Below, one piece after another: positions 12,841 through 26,118 of a stretch of 64,000 bases of DNA. A program made the translations under genes and the position numbers. Location: assembly GCF_964355755.1 (NCBI RefSeq), contig NC_092677.1:17444101-17508100 (forward strand). Reading direction: 5' to 3'. The notes under the pieces were generated by a model that was not told the origin of the DNA, did no database searches, and was given only the letters and a program-made list of their open reading frames with translations. Position 1 is the stretch's first letter; each line of letters begins with the position of its first letter. Source of the DNA: Antedon mediterranea (Eukaryota > Animalia > Echinodermata).

Positions 12841-13115
12841 ATTACTTCTATACTTTAATGACTACTCATAGAAAACAATAATTCTCTATAGAGCAACTAT
12901 CAATATAGGACAACTGCCTCTAAAACAACAACTACCACTAGGACAATTAGTATAATTATCATTAACCTATACCGCTAGAACAACCCGACAACACCGGGGC
13001 CTATAACTAAATTAAAAACTTTGAGAATGTTACGTTTAGTTACTTTCACAATTGTTCCGTTTCACGAACGGAAGCCGATACCGTTCTTTGTAATTATGAT
13101 TTCTATTGTTCGTAA

Positions 13116-13294
13116 AGCTTGGTTCCCACTAGAACGTAACGCAAGGACGTAAACGCAACGCAAGCGTTTTAACCAATGACAAGCGAAGTTATAGACAGTT
13201 AGCAATCACAAGCGAATAAGCCATCGCTTGTAATTGGTCAATTCACTTGCGTTGCGTTACGTCCTTGTGTTGCGTCGCTAGTGGGAACCACGCT
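13116..13294. mobile_element. PIF/Harbinger-type MITE (179 bp)
   Basis: TIR AGCTTGGTTCCCACTAG...CTAGTGGGAACCACGCT with extended inverted arms; TAA on both sides (3-bp TSD). Confidence 0.8.
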
Positions 13295-14927
13295 TAACAA
13301 AGCGCGTCGCCTTCTCCGTTTCGTAAAACGGAACAAAAGGTAATGTCGCCCTATGCAGTAACAAATGAAACAAAACTGATATAATTATCTGATTTACATT
13401 ATTTATTTAATATAACTTTATTTATTCACCATTTATTATTTATGTTTCTATATATCTCATAATCCATGTGTTTTGCTTACGTATGTAAATTAACATATTC
13501 ACTTTTTCATAGTTTACATACTAATAATAATGCATGAAAGTGTGTATAATTTAAGCAAGTAATATTTTTCTAAATTCTGTAATTATTTAAATCAAAAAGA
13601 TAAATATTAGTATCCAATATTAATATAATTAAAATAATATTTACGGTCCAACCATGACGTAATTGTACTGAATACTCAGTATATATAATCTGGAGGTCGT
13701 AGGTTCGAGACTTACCGAGATATTTTTTTTTTCACAAATCCGAGTAATCGGTACACTTGTGTCAAAGTAAAATATTTTATTTGATTCCATGACACAAAAA
13801 TTAGTTATTCTTGTTAATAACAATTAATAATTAACATACTACTATAAAAAATGATACTATTACTCAGACATGATACCATAATTCTCCATTCAAATCATGA
13901 ATCGTTTTCACTCTATTACTACTATACTTTTACCACTACTCAAACTTAGTTAATAAGTTAACAATAAAATAAAATTTAAAAGTTTGGTTATTAACAACAA
14001 ATTTGATAACTTTGTAATATAACAGCACAGTACAGTAATACTCATTCTATTTTACAATTACTTGGGTAAAAATTATATTACAATTTAATAACAACAAATT
14101 TTCTAAACCCTTGTTTTAATACATAAATTTGACAATACATATAATAATAATAATAATATAACAGCAGAGTACTACGTACGTTGACTATTATTCATTCTCC
14201 TTTCCTACTAAATATATTTGTATGTATGTAAACTTCGTTAAAAATTATAATATTACAATTTAAAATGTTAGGTATTAACAAATGTTCAAAACCCTCGTTT
14301 TAATACATAATTTAGATATTCACCAATACTTCATAAGTACAGTACAGATTACTGCAGATACGGTTAGTTAAGTCTAAACACTTCGTAATGTACTAGAACC
14401 ATAGCACGTATTCAATTTTTAATAAAAACAAATGTAAACACCGAATTGTATTACATTATCTATTGATTTCAATTAAAACGGAAAATGAGAAACTATACCT
14501 TAGATTAGGCATATAACATCCCAGAGAAAAGTAGTTGTCCCAACCGGGGAATCGGGCTCGAATCCGATGAAACGTTTATGACCATCGATAATTTTTATTT
14601 GAAAATGCACTAAATAGTATTTAAAATTCACCAAAGAAAGTATAATTAGTAGTTACTTATTATTGACGTATCAATCCTATACATTTACAACGAGGAGATA
14701 ATTTTATTTTTAAGTAGCCTTTATTATCATATCTGTAGGTTATACCATGGAGGTATAAAAATATTTTTAAACGTCCATGGTTAGGCCTATACCAACTATT
14801 GTATTTCATTTGTTTTTTCATTGGTTTTGCACAATTATATAGTACATTCCAAAGACATATACAGCAATATCAAACAAGAGAGTCTTTCTCCAATGACTTG
14901 TTTCTTCTGATAAACAGAATACGCTGT

Positions 14928-17900
14928 TTAGACGGCAATTGTATTTGGTATATTATCTGGATGAAGGACAGTGTAAGAAACAGTTCGAAGACGATTTCGT
15001 TGATCAATGATCCCGGCAACTTTCTTCAACTCGGATCTAAATCTGAAACACAAATATTTATTGAATAACTGAAAAGACCATACCAAGACCATATCAAAAT
15101 GTTACCAGGCAGTTGTCAGTTATCTACATTTTGTTTACTCAACCTGTGTATACAATTGTTTGCAGTGACTGCTGCATAAACTTCAATAAAAAAAAATCAA
15201 TAAAATCGAACGTTATTGCATAGAAAATGTAGTTTTTTATTTTGATCTGCCTATGCAGCTCTTTGATTTAAACCCTATGATACCAGTTGTCGTATACATA
15301 ACTGTGATTTTCCTGAGTTGTCAGGTTGAAAAAACGGAATTGCCTGGGTAGTTAAGAAATATGGAATCACCAAGCATTGGTTTGATTTAAAAGTCTGATT
15401 TACCTGGGTATAATGGTTTTCAAAGACGAAAGATATGGATTGTAATTGTTGAATTTCCTTGGTACAATTTGGAAAAATGGATTAACCCGATATTAGTCTG
15501 ATTAGATATGTGGAAACACGAAAGAGAATTAACAGCCATATATATTAGGGTTCGTTTGGTACCAAGCACTGGGTTGGTAAACTCAGCAAAGCCTACAGCT
15601 ATTTGGAAAGACGGATTTACCCGGGAAAAGGTGCTGTGAATTTGTACCAATTAAGATAGTCCGGTGGCAGGAGGGGCGAATCACCACCCGAAAGGGGACA
15701 AATTGCCATCCAACTTTTCTAGAAGGTAATCGATCAGGATAGGAAGCGGTTTCGAGATATAAGGGTTCAAAGTTATAAATTGACCAATTACAACAATGTA
15801 TTATGTTTTTTATTATAACAAATTTATTGAAGCACAATTTGGTCTTTTATTACATTATTATGATTATGGGTATCTATTCAATCACTTTATGAAAAAAAAT
15901 CTCTTTGTGATTAAGGGAGGTCGGTCGGTTTGTCGGTAAACACTAACTTGAGCACGCGACTGCATCCATGTAGGAAATATGGACCATATATTATAAACAG
16001 GTTTCCTTTCTCTTCAGAAAACAACATTTGTACTACTGAAATTTTGAATTGAATTGGTGAAGTTAACCTACTTTTGCATTGTCGAAATTAAAGGTGGGGG
16101 TTGTGGTGTGGTGGGCTGGGCTGGGCCATCTGGATATGCCTATGCCCTATCCTGGTCCTGTATTTGGTATTCTCTCGTTCTGATGAATTATAGTAGTTTA
16201 TTGTCCAAAAACGAATATTGTAGCGCTAATAAATGCAACTGTGTTGTGGCAAATCAGCGTAACATTTTAACATCATAACATTTTAACAGACATAATATTA
16301 ATTTTAATATTTATTTTACAGTATTATAATACATTTAAAATAATGCGCACTAGAAAAAATATTAAAAATACCATAAATTCACTGATCAAATAACGTGATT
16401 ACATTTATGACCATCGATCTTATACAGTACTTTGAATAACTTGCATTATTTAGTAGGGCCTATATCACTTGTTAAAATATTGACCTTTGACAACTGGTGT
16501 AATGATAGATGTCCTCCTTTGATTTTGTATGATTGATTGATGTCTTAACAGAATAATAAAACATAACATTTTGTCTTAAATGTTAGCTTTTATTTGGTTT
16601 TATAGGCAAATTTTGTGATTGGTCAATATTTACATTTGATCTTTAATTGCAAAGTATTTGTTTTATAGGTGACTGAATAGATACCTATAACCATACAAAT
16701 GTATTAAAAGACCAAATTGAACTTCAATAAATTGGTTATAATTTATATGTATATAATACATTGTTATAATTGGTCAATTTTGAATTTGACCCCTTATATC
16801 TCGAAAACACTTCCTATCCTGATCCAAGTCTGATTTGATTAAATACAGTATTATAATTATATTAATCAAAATTATAATGAAATAACATATAACTATACTG
16901 ATTAAATAATTTGATTACTTGTAAAACCATCGATATAATAGTTTGGACAACGTTGCATTTATTTGGTAACTAATACGTATATTAAAATGTTGACCTTTGA
17001 CCTTATGTCAACTGATAAAATTGACCTTATGTCAACTGATGATGTATTCGCCCTTTTACATTGCGTATGATTGATTAACATGATGAGAAAACATCCAATT
17101 TTTTAAATTAAATATTAGTTTTTTTTTGGTTTTATAGGTACGTTCTATGATTGGTCATTATTGACATTTGACAATCACAATCACAATCACAAAAGATTTT
17201 TTTTTTCATAAGATGAGTGAATAGACACCTATAATCATAAAAATGTAATAAAAGACCAAACTGTGCTTCAATACATTTGTTATAATACATATACATAATA
17301 CATTGTTGTAATTGGTCAATTTTGAACTTTGACCCTTATATCTCAAAAACGCTTCTTATCCTAATCGATTACCTTCCATATTCGTAATCTACGGAAAATA
17401 TTGGTCTAGAAAAGTTGGATGGCAATTTGTCCCCTTCGGGTGGTGACTCCCCCTCCTGTCACCGGACTAAGATGGAATTTCAAGAGAGTAGGCCTTGCTG
17501 TTTTATCCAATGGATACCTATCCACAAAATAATTTAACCTTGTAATTATCCTTGCAGTAAAGAAAGAAATTAAACTTACTCTTTCAATGCATCGACACAG
17601 GCCCTGTTATACATATACTGTACATCGAAGTTCCCAAGACTGCTAGATTTGAACGTGCTTAACGCTTGAGTTAAGGTCATTATTTTCAACGTATCATCTT
17701 TAGTAGGTAGTGTTCTTATAACATCAAGTTCAGTTCGAGGTTTCTTTTCATTAAAAAGAACAATATGTATAAATATACGATATTGGAACATTCCGCTCCC
17801 CGTTTTTCTGGTTTCTGCCCCTATACTATCCCAGTAAAAACGTTCTCGTGATAATCTTCTCTGCGATTTCTAAATTTTAGTCTAACAAAAAAAAAGATGT

Positions 17901-20900
17901 GTACCTCCCCACATCCTTGTGGCCCTTTATATTCAATAGGAGTCTGAGCCCATTTGTGACCCCAATCTAGATCAGACGCAGCTAGTACGATTTTTCATCT
18001 CAGAAACAGTAGAGAATACCTTTACAACGTCATTGGTTGTGCTGACACAAATACGAAAAAAGTAAAAAAAATTTTAGGCCTACCTTATTGTTTGGAATAC
18101 TTCCTCGTAAGTTCAATGGAAAATTTGGTGTAAAAGCGCATTGTTCATACGTCGGAAAGTTAACGGCTGCGTGGTAGGCAGAAGAAATAAATATTGTTGT
18201 GGTAAATATGTCAACAATTTGCTCCAAATCGGTTATTCCAGCATTGTCATCTCCAGGCACATCCTGTCAATGGAAATACACAGTATATCTTTTTTTATCC
18301 CTCATGGGGTAATTAACAAAAGAAGGATGGATTACATCATCTTACAATAAAAAGTACAAATTAAAACATCAAATGTAAAATATAAAACTCTTAGAAAGCT
18401 AAAATGTTTAAATTACTATAGTAAAAAGTAAAAAAATGTTACCAAAATAAAATTAATAATGGCACCCAAATGATTTAACCGTTGTCTGTCAACAAAAGCA
18501 CAAATTCCTACTTAGAATGGAGAAACAAACACAACACTATTTAAAAGTTTAGAAATAGTATAAACAGGTGTCGTAGTTACTTGCCTTCAGTCCACATCCA
18601 CCGCTTTCTACAGACTTTGTTAAAGTGTGTCTGAAAAGATGTAATTCGTTGTCATTTTCAATTTCTTCTTGGCTATCTAGAACAAAATAAAATCGCATAT
18701 ATTTATTTCCTTTATTTGTGTATTTTGCAGTCTTTTTGAGAAAACTGCATTTCGAGGATTAATAAACAATGTCAATTTTGTTTATTAGTTAGTTAGTTTG
18801 TTTATGAAGTACAGTATTTATTTCGTAAATAAAAGAAAGGTTAATCTTCCGATATAGGGTTTATATTCGATGACATGAACTTAGTATTAATACCAGATAT
18901 TTTGCATCGCATCTATGTGAAGTATACCGCTATTTTTTTTATATTTTATGCTTGTCATGTTTGTCGTCTTCATAAAATCAGTTCACGATGACCGGGTCAC
19001 CTTCTTGGAATATGGTGAAATAGACAAAAAATAGTATTTTAAAACCTACAAACCGTAAAAATTCTCAGCAACCCGATAAACATAGCTTCGAATGGCATTC
19101 CAGATCAGAAGACCATCGTCTCTGTAGTAGAATTTTGGCAGAATCTTTGGGTCAAACAAACCACGTTCTTTCAGGTCGTTTGGCAGCATTCCATTCTTTT
19201 TGAACGACCAGTTTGACAAGGTATGTTTAATGAGTTTTGAAGCATCTTCTGCGCCGGCTTTGAATGATTTTTCAAAGAAACCAGACTCTGGATCCAACAA
19301 GAGCTTGCGTCCAAGCCTAATACAAAGAAAAATAACAGATTTTGCTGAAACTATTTCAATGTCACATGATCGTCATCCACAACCGATCACACTTGTCAGC
19401 AACACTGTCAACTGTATTTATTAACCAGAGGCGTAGCACTAGTAACGCACACCAGAAGAAACACAGCAGAGGTATTAGGCGTAACGATAGCTGTTTCAGC
19501 AGTACCAGAGCAATAGCACCTACTTAAGAAACACTGCAATCATCCCCACCGGCGTACTAGCATGAATAGCATTTCAAAAGTAATTTTTTTTATTTCATAC
19601 GCATACGAAAACTAGTAACTCGCAAATTACAGTACGGATGAACTATTGTATAATTTAATGCACGTCAACATTACCACAATGAAAAAAAAACCCTGCCAGC
19701 ACCAGCAACAACAACACAAGTACGCCTACTTCTGTACATAAGTATGCTATTATATCTGAGCTGAATTGCAAAAAATTAAATAAACAACTAGCGTCACTAA
19801 TAACATTTCCAACATTAACCCATCACTTCATAAAGTGCAATATCAGACTTTTTACCAGTTAGTGTTCAAGACTTTTTCAATATGCGGCTTGACGAGTCTT
19901 GAGAGAGGATGGGAAGGTGACAGATGGCGATGTATGGCAATGGTAATAGTTTCCAGGATAAAATGGGTAAACGATAAATGAGCGCATATCTCGTGGTAGT
20001 TGGAATCAACAACACCGAACCAAAGTTTAGCAATTATCCAGGTATATTCAGGATCACTCGGAACAAATACCTTAAATGAAAATGTGTGATATGAATTAGT
20101 TAATAAAATGTGACCTATTCCTTGACACAGAGCACAAGTCAATATTTGTACAGTTAAGTTTCAGTTTGAATACATTTGAAGATCTTAAACAATGATAAGT
20201 ATGTCCGAATTAATGGAAAGTGTTCACTCTGGTGGTATCTCCATGAAAGATGTTCAATTTGGTGTATCTCAATGAAAGATGTTCAATTTGGTGTATCTCA
20301 ATGAAAGATGTTCAATTTGGTGTATCTCCATGGAAAATGGTCAATCTTGTGGTATCTCCATCGAAAGTGTTCACTCTGGTGGTATCTCTATTGAACATTT
20401 TCACTGTGGTGGTATTTCCATTGAACATGTTCACTCTGGTGGTATCTTCCTAAAAATGTTCACTCTGGTGGTATCTCTATGGCAATTGTTAACTCTGGTG
20501 GTATCTCTATGGAAATTGTTCACTCTGGTAGTATCTCTATAAAAATTGTTCACTCTGGTAGTATCTCTATGAAAATTGTTAACTCTGGTAGTATCTCTAT
20601 GAAAATTGTTAACTCTGGTAGTATCTCTATGGAAATTGTTCACTCTGGTAGTATCTCTATGGAAATTGTTAACTCTGGTAGTATCTCTATGGAAATTGTT
20701 AACTCTGGTAGTATCTCTATGGAAATTGTTAACTCTGGTAGTATCTCTATGGAAATTGTTAACTCTGGTAGTATCTCTATGGAAATTGTTAACTCTGGTA
20801 GTATGCATTTCGCGAGTTTATGTTTGTTTGACGTACACAATCCCAAAACTTTCTAGCTGAATGTTGACGACCTTTTTTAGACATCTAACTCATTTTGAAA

Positions 20901-23900
20901 CCTAAATGATTTAATATAACAATAAACTAAACACTGAAATGTGCCTAAAACACTTTCTCTTGGAGTCTATTTTTAGAACTTACAGGATTTGTCGGCGACT
21001 TGGTGTGTCTGAGCTGAATGGCCACCGGTACCAAATCCTCGGCATCATTAACGTAGTACAGACAAATCGGAGCATGTAACTGTAAACGAAATTATTGATA
21101 AATTATACAAATAATGTAAGATAATGGACCGTGTTATTTGCCCCTTCAGGCTTTAGTTATTTACCCGGTTGGTTTATGGGCCAATGTTGGTGGGTTGGTC
21201 ACAAAACTAACCAGGTGAATAACTAAGCCTGGATGGGCCCTTTTATAAATGGTATAGCCTACAGGTTTTTTTTCTCAGTACAAACTTACGTTGCTAACAT
21301 TTTCGAGATCTGCGTAATCACTAATAAACAATCTTTTTTCCTGTATAGCTTTTTCCAAAGTAACATCTTTCATGGAAGGCTTTACCATGTTGTCGGTTAC
21401 CCCAAAACTGTTATAGATACAAAATGATTTGTTTCACAATAAATGTCACTAATACAAACAGCGTGATTTATTACGAAGTATGAAATCTTATTATGTATGT
21501 CTTCAATGGTAATATTTGTATTATATGACCTACTTGAATATTATGCACTTTTGTTTATGGTAATAAGCTACGCTATAGGCCTAGATGCGTATGAGATTAT
21601 TTCGTACACATTTTATTGTCGACTATTTAGAGGTGATTTATACTAAAAGTCCTTTTCCCACAAAACGTGCAAACGTAAGCAACTGAAGAAAAGATAGATT
21701 TAGGCATAGCCTACTAGTTGAACATAATTGTGACATTGTAGGCCCCTACTGTATTGTCATAAATTATGTTTACTAGCACTTTTGCTTCTGGTTTCTAATT
21801 TGAAAGGCACTTTCAACCCACCGCTTAAACTTTCGAAGTTTAAAAATGGAAAGAACGATCTAAAGCATAAGTTTTGGTCAGACCCTAAAAATGCCAATAC
21901 AATTTGAAATACCACTGGCACATATTTGGATTAAATAATTCACACTTACTATTCTGGAATTTTGGTACACAGACGTAATCTGGTTGGATTACCACCAGTC
22001 AACTGTAGTCGGCCGAAGTAACTGTCAGATCGCCAATGGTCAAATGCCTAAAAAAAGGTAAAATAAACAATATAATTAGTATTAATTACCCCAAACGGTA
22101 CGATTAAAGTTTTTTTCCTCTTTTTTGGCGCAAACACCACTATTATTCACATTTATATTATCTCATGTAATTACATGAAATCATATTATCTAACATATTT
22201 TTGTTAGTTCCAAATTTTACAATTTATCAGTAACATTTTTTACATTTTTGAATTCCGTATTACCTCCTCCTGTACGATTAAAGTTAGTTATCTCTTTTTA
22301 GTCGCGTGGACGCGACTCTATAGTTCACTATGTCGGTCGGTCGGTCTGTCTGTCGGTCCGGTATCACTATGCGTTTTAGCACGCGACTTATGGCTGTTGG
22401 CCTTGTTATCTTAGATGTCGATGATGTGTAAGTGGTGAAATAGGAATACAAATTTGTTTTTAAAGATTTATCATTTATTTTAGATCACTGTAACGTAACA
22501 GTTTGGTGACTGTTTCAGGAATACCTCATCAAGGAAAACTAGACTGATAAATTAAATAATTAGTAGAATCTCTATTAAAGAGACATCGGGGCCCAACAAA
22601 GTAATAATAGACGTGTTTCCTATTTTCAAATCAAAAATAAAAATAAAGTGATTATTAAAAAAAAATGAATATTAATAATATTATTTACAACACTTTTCTT
22701 TTCATTTGAATGGAGGATTGTGGATCACATGATATTTCATAGATACTCTATTGAACTCTATGTTTGAGCAACCGGAACGCGCGACGTGACGCAATGCTGC
22801 CTTGTCGTATGTTTTAGGCATTGGCATATCCTTTCGTTAAAAAAAATAGGTATGTTATAAAACAAATAATGAATGGTTTTTTATAATTAATTTATTTCGA
22901 AGAAACATTAAATGTTCTATTTTCACATCATGACATTATTTGTATTATTACACACATAAATTAATTATTTGTGTACTAACCGCAGGTTTTGAGTAGCAAT
23001 ATTTGTAAACACTATCCATTTCTGCAAGCGATGTGAACGGTTTTGTAGTACAACTGATTAGCTTAGCTGCCATTTCATTTTCAACAAGCAAGTTTTTAAT
23101 CATTGACTGTAGAAGATAAAGTTTGTATATATAATTGTCCACTCGATTCTGTAGGCTAATCTAGAAAGTGAATATCGTAAAGTCATCAGCTACGCCTAAC
23201 TGATGGAGACCGGCGAAATACAATAAACCTGCTACTCTGGTTTCCGGGACATTGTCTGTCGTAGGTACTGTGTTGTCTAATAACAGAGATACGGTGTATT
23301 GAAAGTATGTAATGTAGAAAGACTCGTTTCTAGACGGCTCTATCTAGTGACAGTTGCATAATCTGGTACAATGTCTATAAGAATATACGAACTGTAACAT
23401 TTACCATGAGACCCCCCCCCCCCCCCCCCACACCCCGCTACAAGAAATTGATTTCAAGATTCAAGAAATTGTATTGATCCACTTAAGATATATAATAAAA
23501 GAAATTAAAACTAGAAGAAAAATTGCATTGTGAATGATTAAAAGTAGCAAGTTGCTCTAAGTTGCTCTAGGTCCTTGTCATAACATTTTACAATGGAACT
23601 TTACTTTTGCTGAAAAATCTGGAACTTTTTAGTATAGTTATACACAAAAAAGTTATTGTTAGATTAATTGACTACAAATAAAAACATTATACACCTAAAT
23701 ATTATAGGATACCCACCATAATAGTGTGATGCAATAAAGAAACATAACATAAACGGAAAGTGATTGTTTCAAAAACCACGGTAAACATTATAATTTGGAA
23801 AATCGGACATAAGGCTAAGCTATACGTTACCCCATCAGGTTTCTCTTCAAATGGCAGATTTTGTAACTGAAAGAAAATAATAATAATAATATGTCCACAC

Positions 23901-25055
23901 GATGATACATATCTTTACCAGTATGCCCACACGATAATACATTAAATGTATTTCCACACTTTAATACATATCTGTAATAACTAATAGTACATATCTTTTT
24001 TACAGACTTGCAAAGAGCGACAAGTCAGTATTATGCGTACAATTTTTCGCCCATGTTAAAGATACAGATTACCCGGGAGACAGCCAGCAGACTTTATCCC
24101 ATTGAGATTATACTTACCAATGGTGTGACGCCTGGAAACAGTGCGTGGAACTTGTAAGTGTCTCTCATCAAAACAAGTTCTCTTTTTCGTTGGTCAATCT
24201 CAGTATCGTGCTGAGGTAAGCAGGTATCATATCTGGCCCATCTTTAAAACAAAAACAAAAATACATTTTTTCCATGCCCTTATATTTCAACCAAATAAAA
24301 GTTCATCAAATAATGTATACATGCTTTGCATAATATTTTTTATTTGTACTGGGCATATAAGGCCATGGAGATACAATACAGAGAATCGTGTGTCAGATTT
24401 CAACAAGAGAGACAAACTACAGTAGACGTGTCTTCAATTTCATGGGTAGTTTTTCCTCTTTTACTTAACCGATTAAGATATTTTACTGTAGGCCTACTTC
24501 ATTTTCCGTTAGTTTAATGTAGGCCTACTACGCATTTTATAAAAGCATCCAAAATGTCTTCGTATTTGTTATGAAGACGAAATAGAATTTCTTGTGTGAA
24601 ATGTCGCTACCAATTTCTGTTCATCGAAAATTGTTTTTCGTCTTTCTTAATTAGATAATGTATTTGATTTAGGACTACCTTTTTGTTTCACCTGACACCA
24701 TCCATCTGTTTACAGGGAACTCATATATCTTCCTCTCAACTTTATCAGCAATCAAAATCCACTCCAACCCCCAGTAATCTTTCCTTCCGCAAATGGCACC
24801 TATTACTGTTCTCTTCAAGGTTATTTCAATTTTCTCAATCGAACCAAAGTCATGAAATTCTGTCAACTCAAATGTGTTCCGTTGCCCTTCTTCGAAGTCA
24901 TCTCGATATTGGACATCGAGATTAAAGGCTTTTGACTTTTTTCCATTTGAGTTGATCAACGTTAGTAGAATATCATCATCTGTACCAGCGAACTTTTGGT
25001 CGATTGTCTTAACAACAACTTCGTATTGGCATTGTTTTGATTCCTTGCCTCCCAT
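14928..25055 (-). CDS. Lipoxygenase (PLAT plus catalytic domain; arachidonate LOX family, predicted R-specific), 13 exons, 667 aa
   Basis: Exons (minus) 24679-25055, 24118-24241, 23831-23866, 22981-23106, 21950-22047, 21290-21407, 20984-21079, 19856-20070, 19054-19316, 18585-18676, 18084-18263, 17580-17743, 14928-15042 sum to 2004 nt in one open frame. PLAT motifs AGTDDDI and DDFE; HWRSDSYFG..QLTGGNP; WIIAKLW; iron ligands HEICAHLSFTH and SAYHAAVN; YYRDDG; C-terminus IPNTIAV*. Confidence 0.93.
15657..17469. mobile_element. Non-autonomous DNA transposon with about 230-bp TIRs in the last lipoxygenase intron
   Basis: TAGTCCGGTGGCAGGAGGGG...GGGGACAAATTGCCATCCAACTTTTCTAGA at 15657 is inverted at 17230-17469; internal tandem duplication about 16410-16830 / 16905-17360. 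Flanks read as TAG..CTA with AGA TSD (Academ-like), AGT..ACT with AAGAT TSD, or TA TSD, so the superfamily is ambiguous. Confidence 0.8.
20215..20804. repeat. 30-bp minisatellite in lipoxygenase intron 7
   Basis: About 20 units of AACTCTGGTAGTATCTCTATGGAAATTGTT, degenerate on the left and identical on the right. Confidence 0.97.
22295..22409 (+). mobile_element. Minimal Helentron-associated (HINE/DINE-1-like) element
   Basis: T-run, 5' palindrome AGTCGCGTGGACGCGACT, (GTCG/GTCT)n microsatellite, subterminal repeat CACGCGACT and 3' short hairpin GGCTGTTGGCC followed by TTGTT: the DINE-1/HINE architecture. Confidence 0.7.
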
Positions 25056-26118
25056 CTTTGAAGAAATGCAGATACGAATAGAAACGCACCACCTAACTCA
25101 CAACTGATGTGCCCGAAAGTGGTTGAACTTTTCATTTTATTTCGTTACTTATTTACAATGATTGAGATGAAATGCTGGTAGCAGCAATGCCCGTTTACAG
25201 GTTATTGTATTTATTATGGTACGATGTTTATTTTAATTATTGTTGAAGAGGATATCAAAACCTGGCAACAGATGACGTATGTCATCATTTCGTGATGTCT
25301 GCCATTATTTCACAAATAAATGATAACATTTCTTACAAATTTTGTTTAATCACAATATGATTATTTGAAAGTTGTGTAAAATAAACACGAGTCATACAGT
25401 TAATAATACTGTTACGTATAAACTGCCATTTAGTCTTTTACAATGAATTCTTGGCCTTTAGGCCTATATGTGAGCATTGATAAACTCGATATTTTTCTTG
25501 GTTTTATTCATTTTCGCAAGACAGGAATGCCCCATCCCCATCATTTTTTACTAAAATAGTGACTATAATTACTACAATTAAGAGTAAGTAACTAATTTCC
25601 CTTTATTGAACAATTCGAAATATGAATTTACATGCGCAAATCGATCAGTTCAATTCGTTCACACATTTTGTATCGCAGGCAAAATGTACTTTACTTTGAA
25701 CTCCTGTGGATGTTTTGTAAACGTAATACACTTACTCAGCCTTTTCATGTTTAATTTTTTGTAGGAAAAAAAACCATTTAGTTAGTAACGAGTTTAGTGT
25801 TTCCAAACAAGAACAAAAGTAGATTCATTCACTTTGTTGAAATGTACTAAATAGGACCTAACCTACACCTGTCGTTAAGTCGAACGGAATTCATGTAGGA
25901 TAATTGTTGAAGTCTACTTATAAAGCTAAAAAGTATAAACCGCGCGAGTAAGTTAATAATTGATTAAGCTTGACATCGGTTAACTCTCTCTGGGACATCC
26001 AATACAGTTTTTATAAACAATGCAAAATAAAAGAATGTGGTTTGTTGCAGAATAAAATATTCCAAAGCAGATTACGGGTCCTGGTTGATATGGTTTTAGG
26101 TACGGTGCGGTGCATTAC

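Noticed and set aside
13640-13720. tRNA-like sequence with GGTTCGAGAC B box
   Set aside because: No cloverleaf; at most a decayed SINE head.
20250-20860. Overlapping repetitive ORFs on both strands
   Set aside because: Artefact of a stop-free 30-bp repeat within lipoxygenase intron 7.
25056-26100. Allene oxide synthase (catalase-like) domain fused upstream of the lipoxygenase
   Set aside because: No catalase-like exons seen, and the LOX begins with its own MG start at the PLAT domain.
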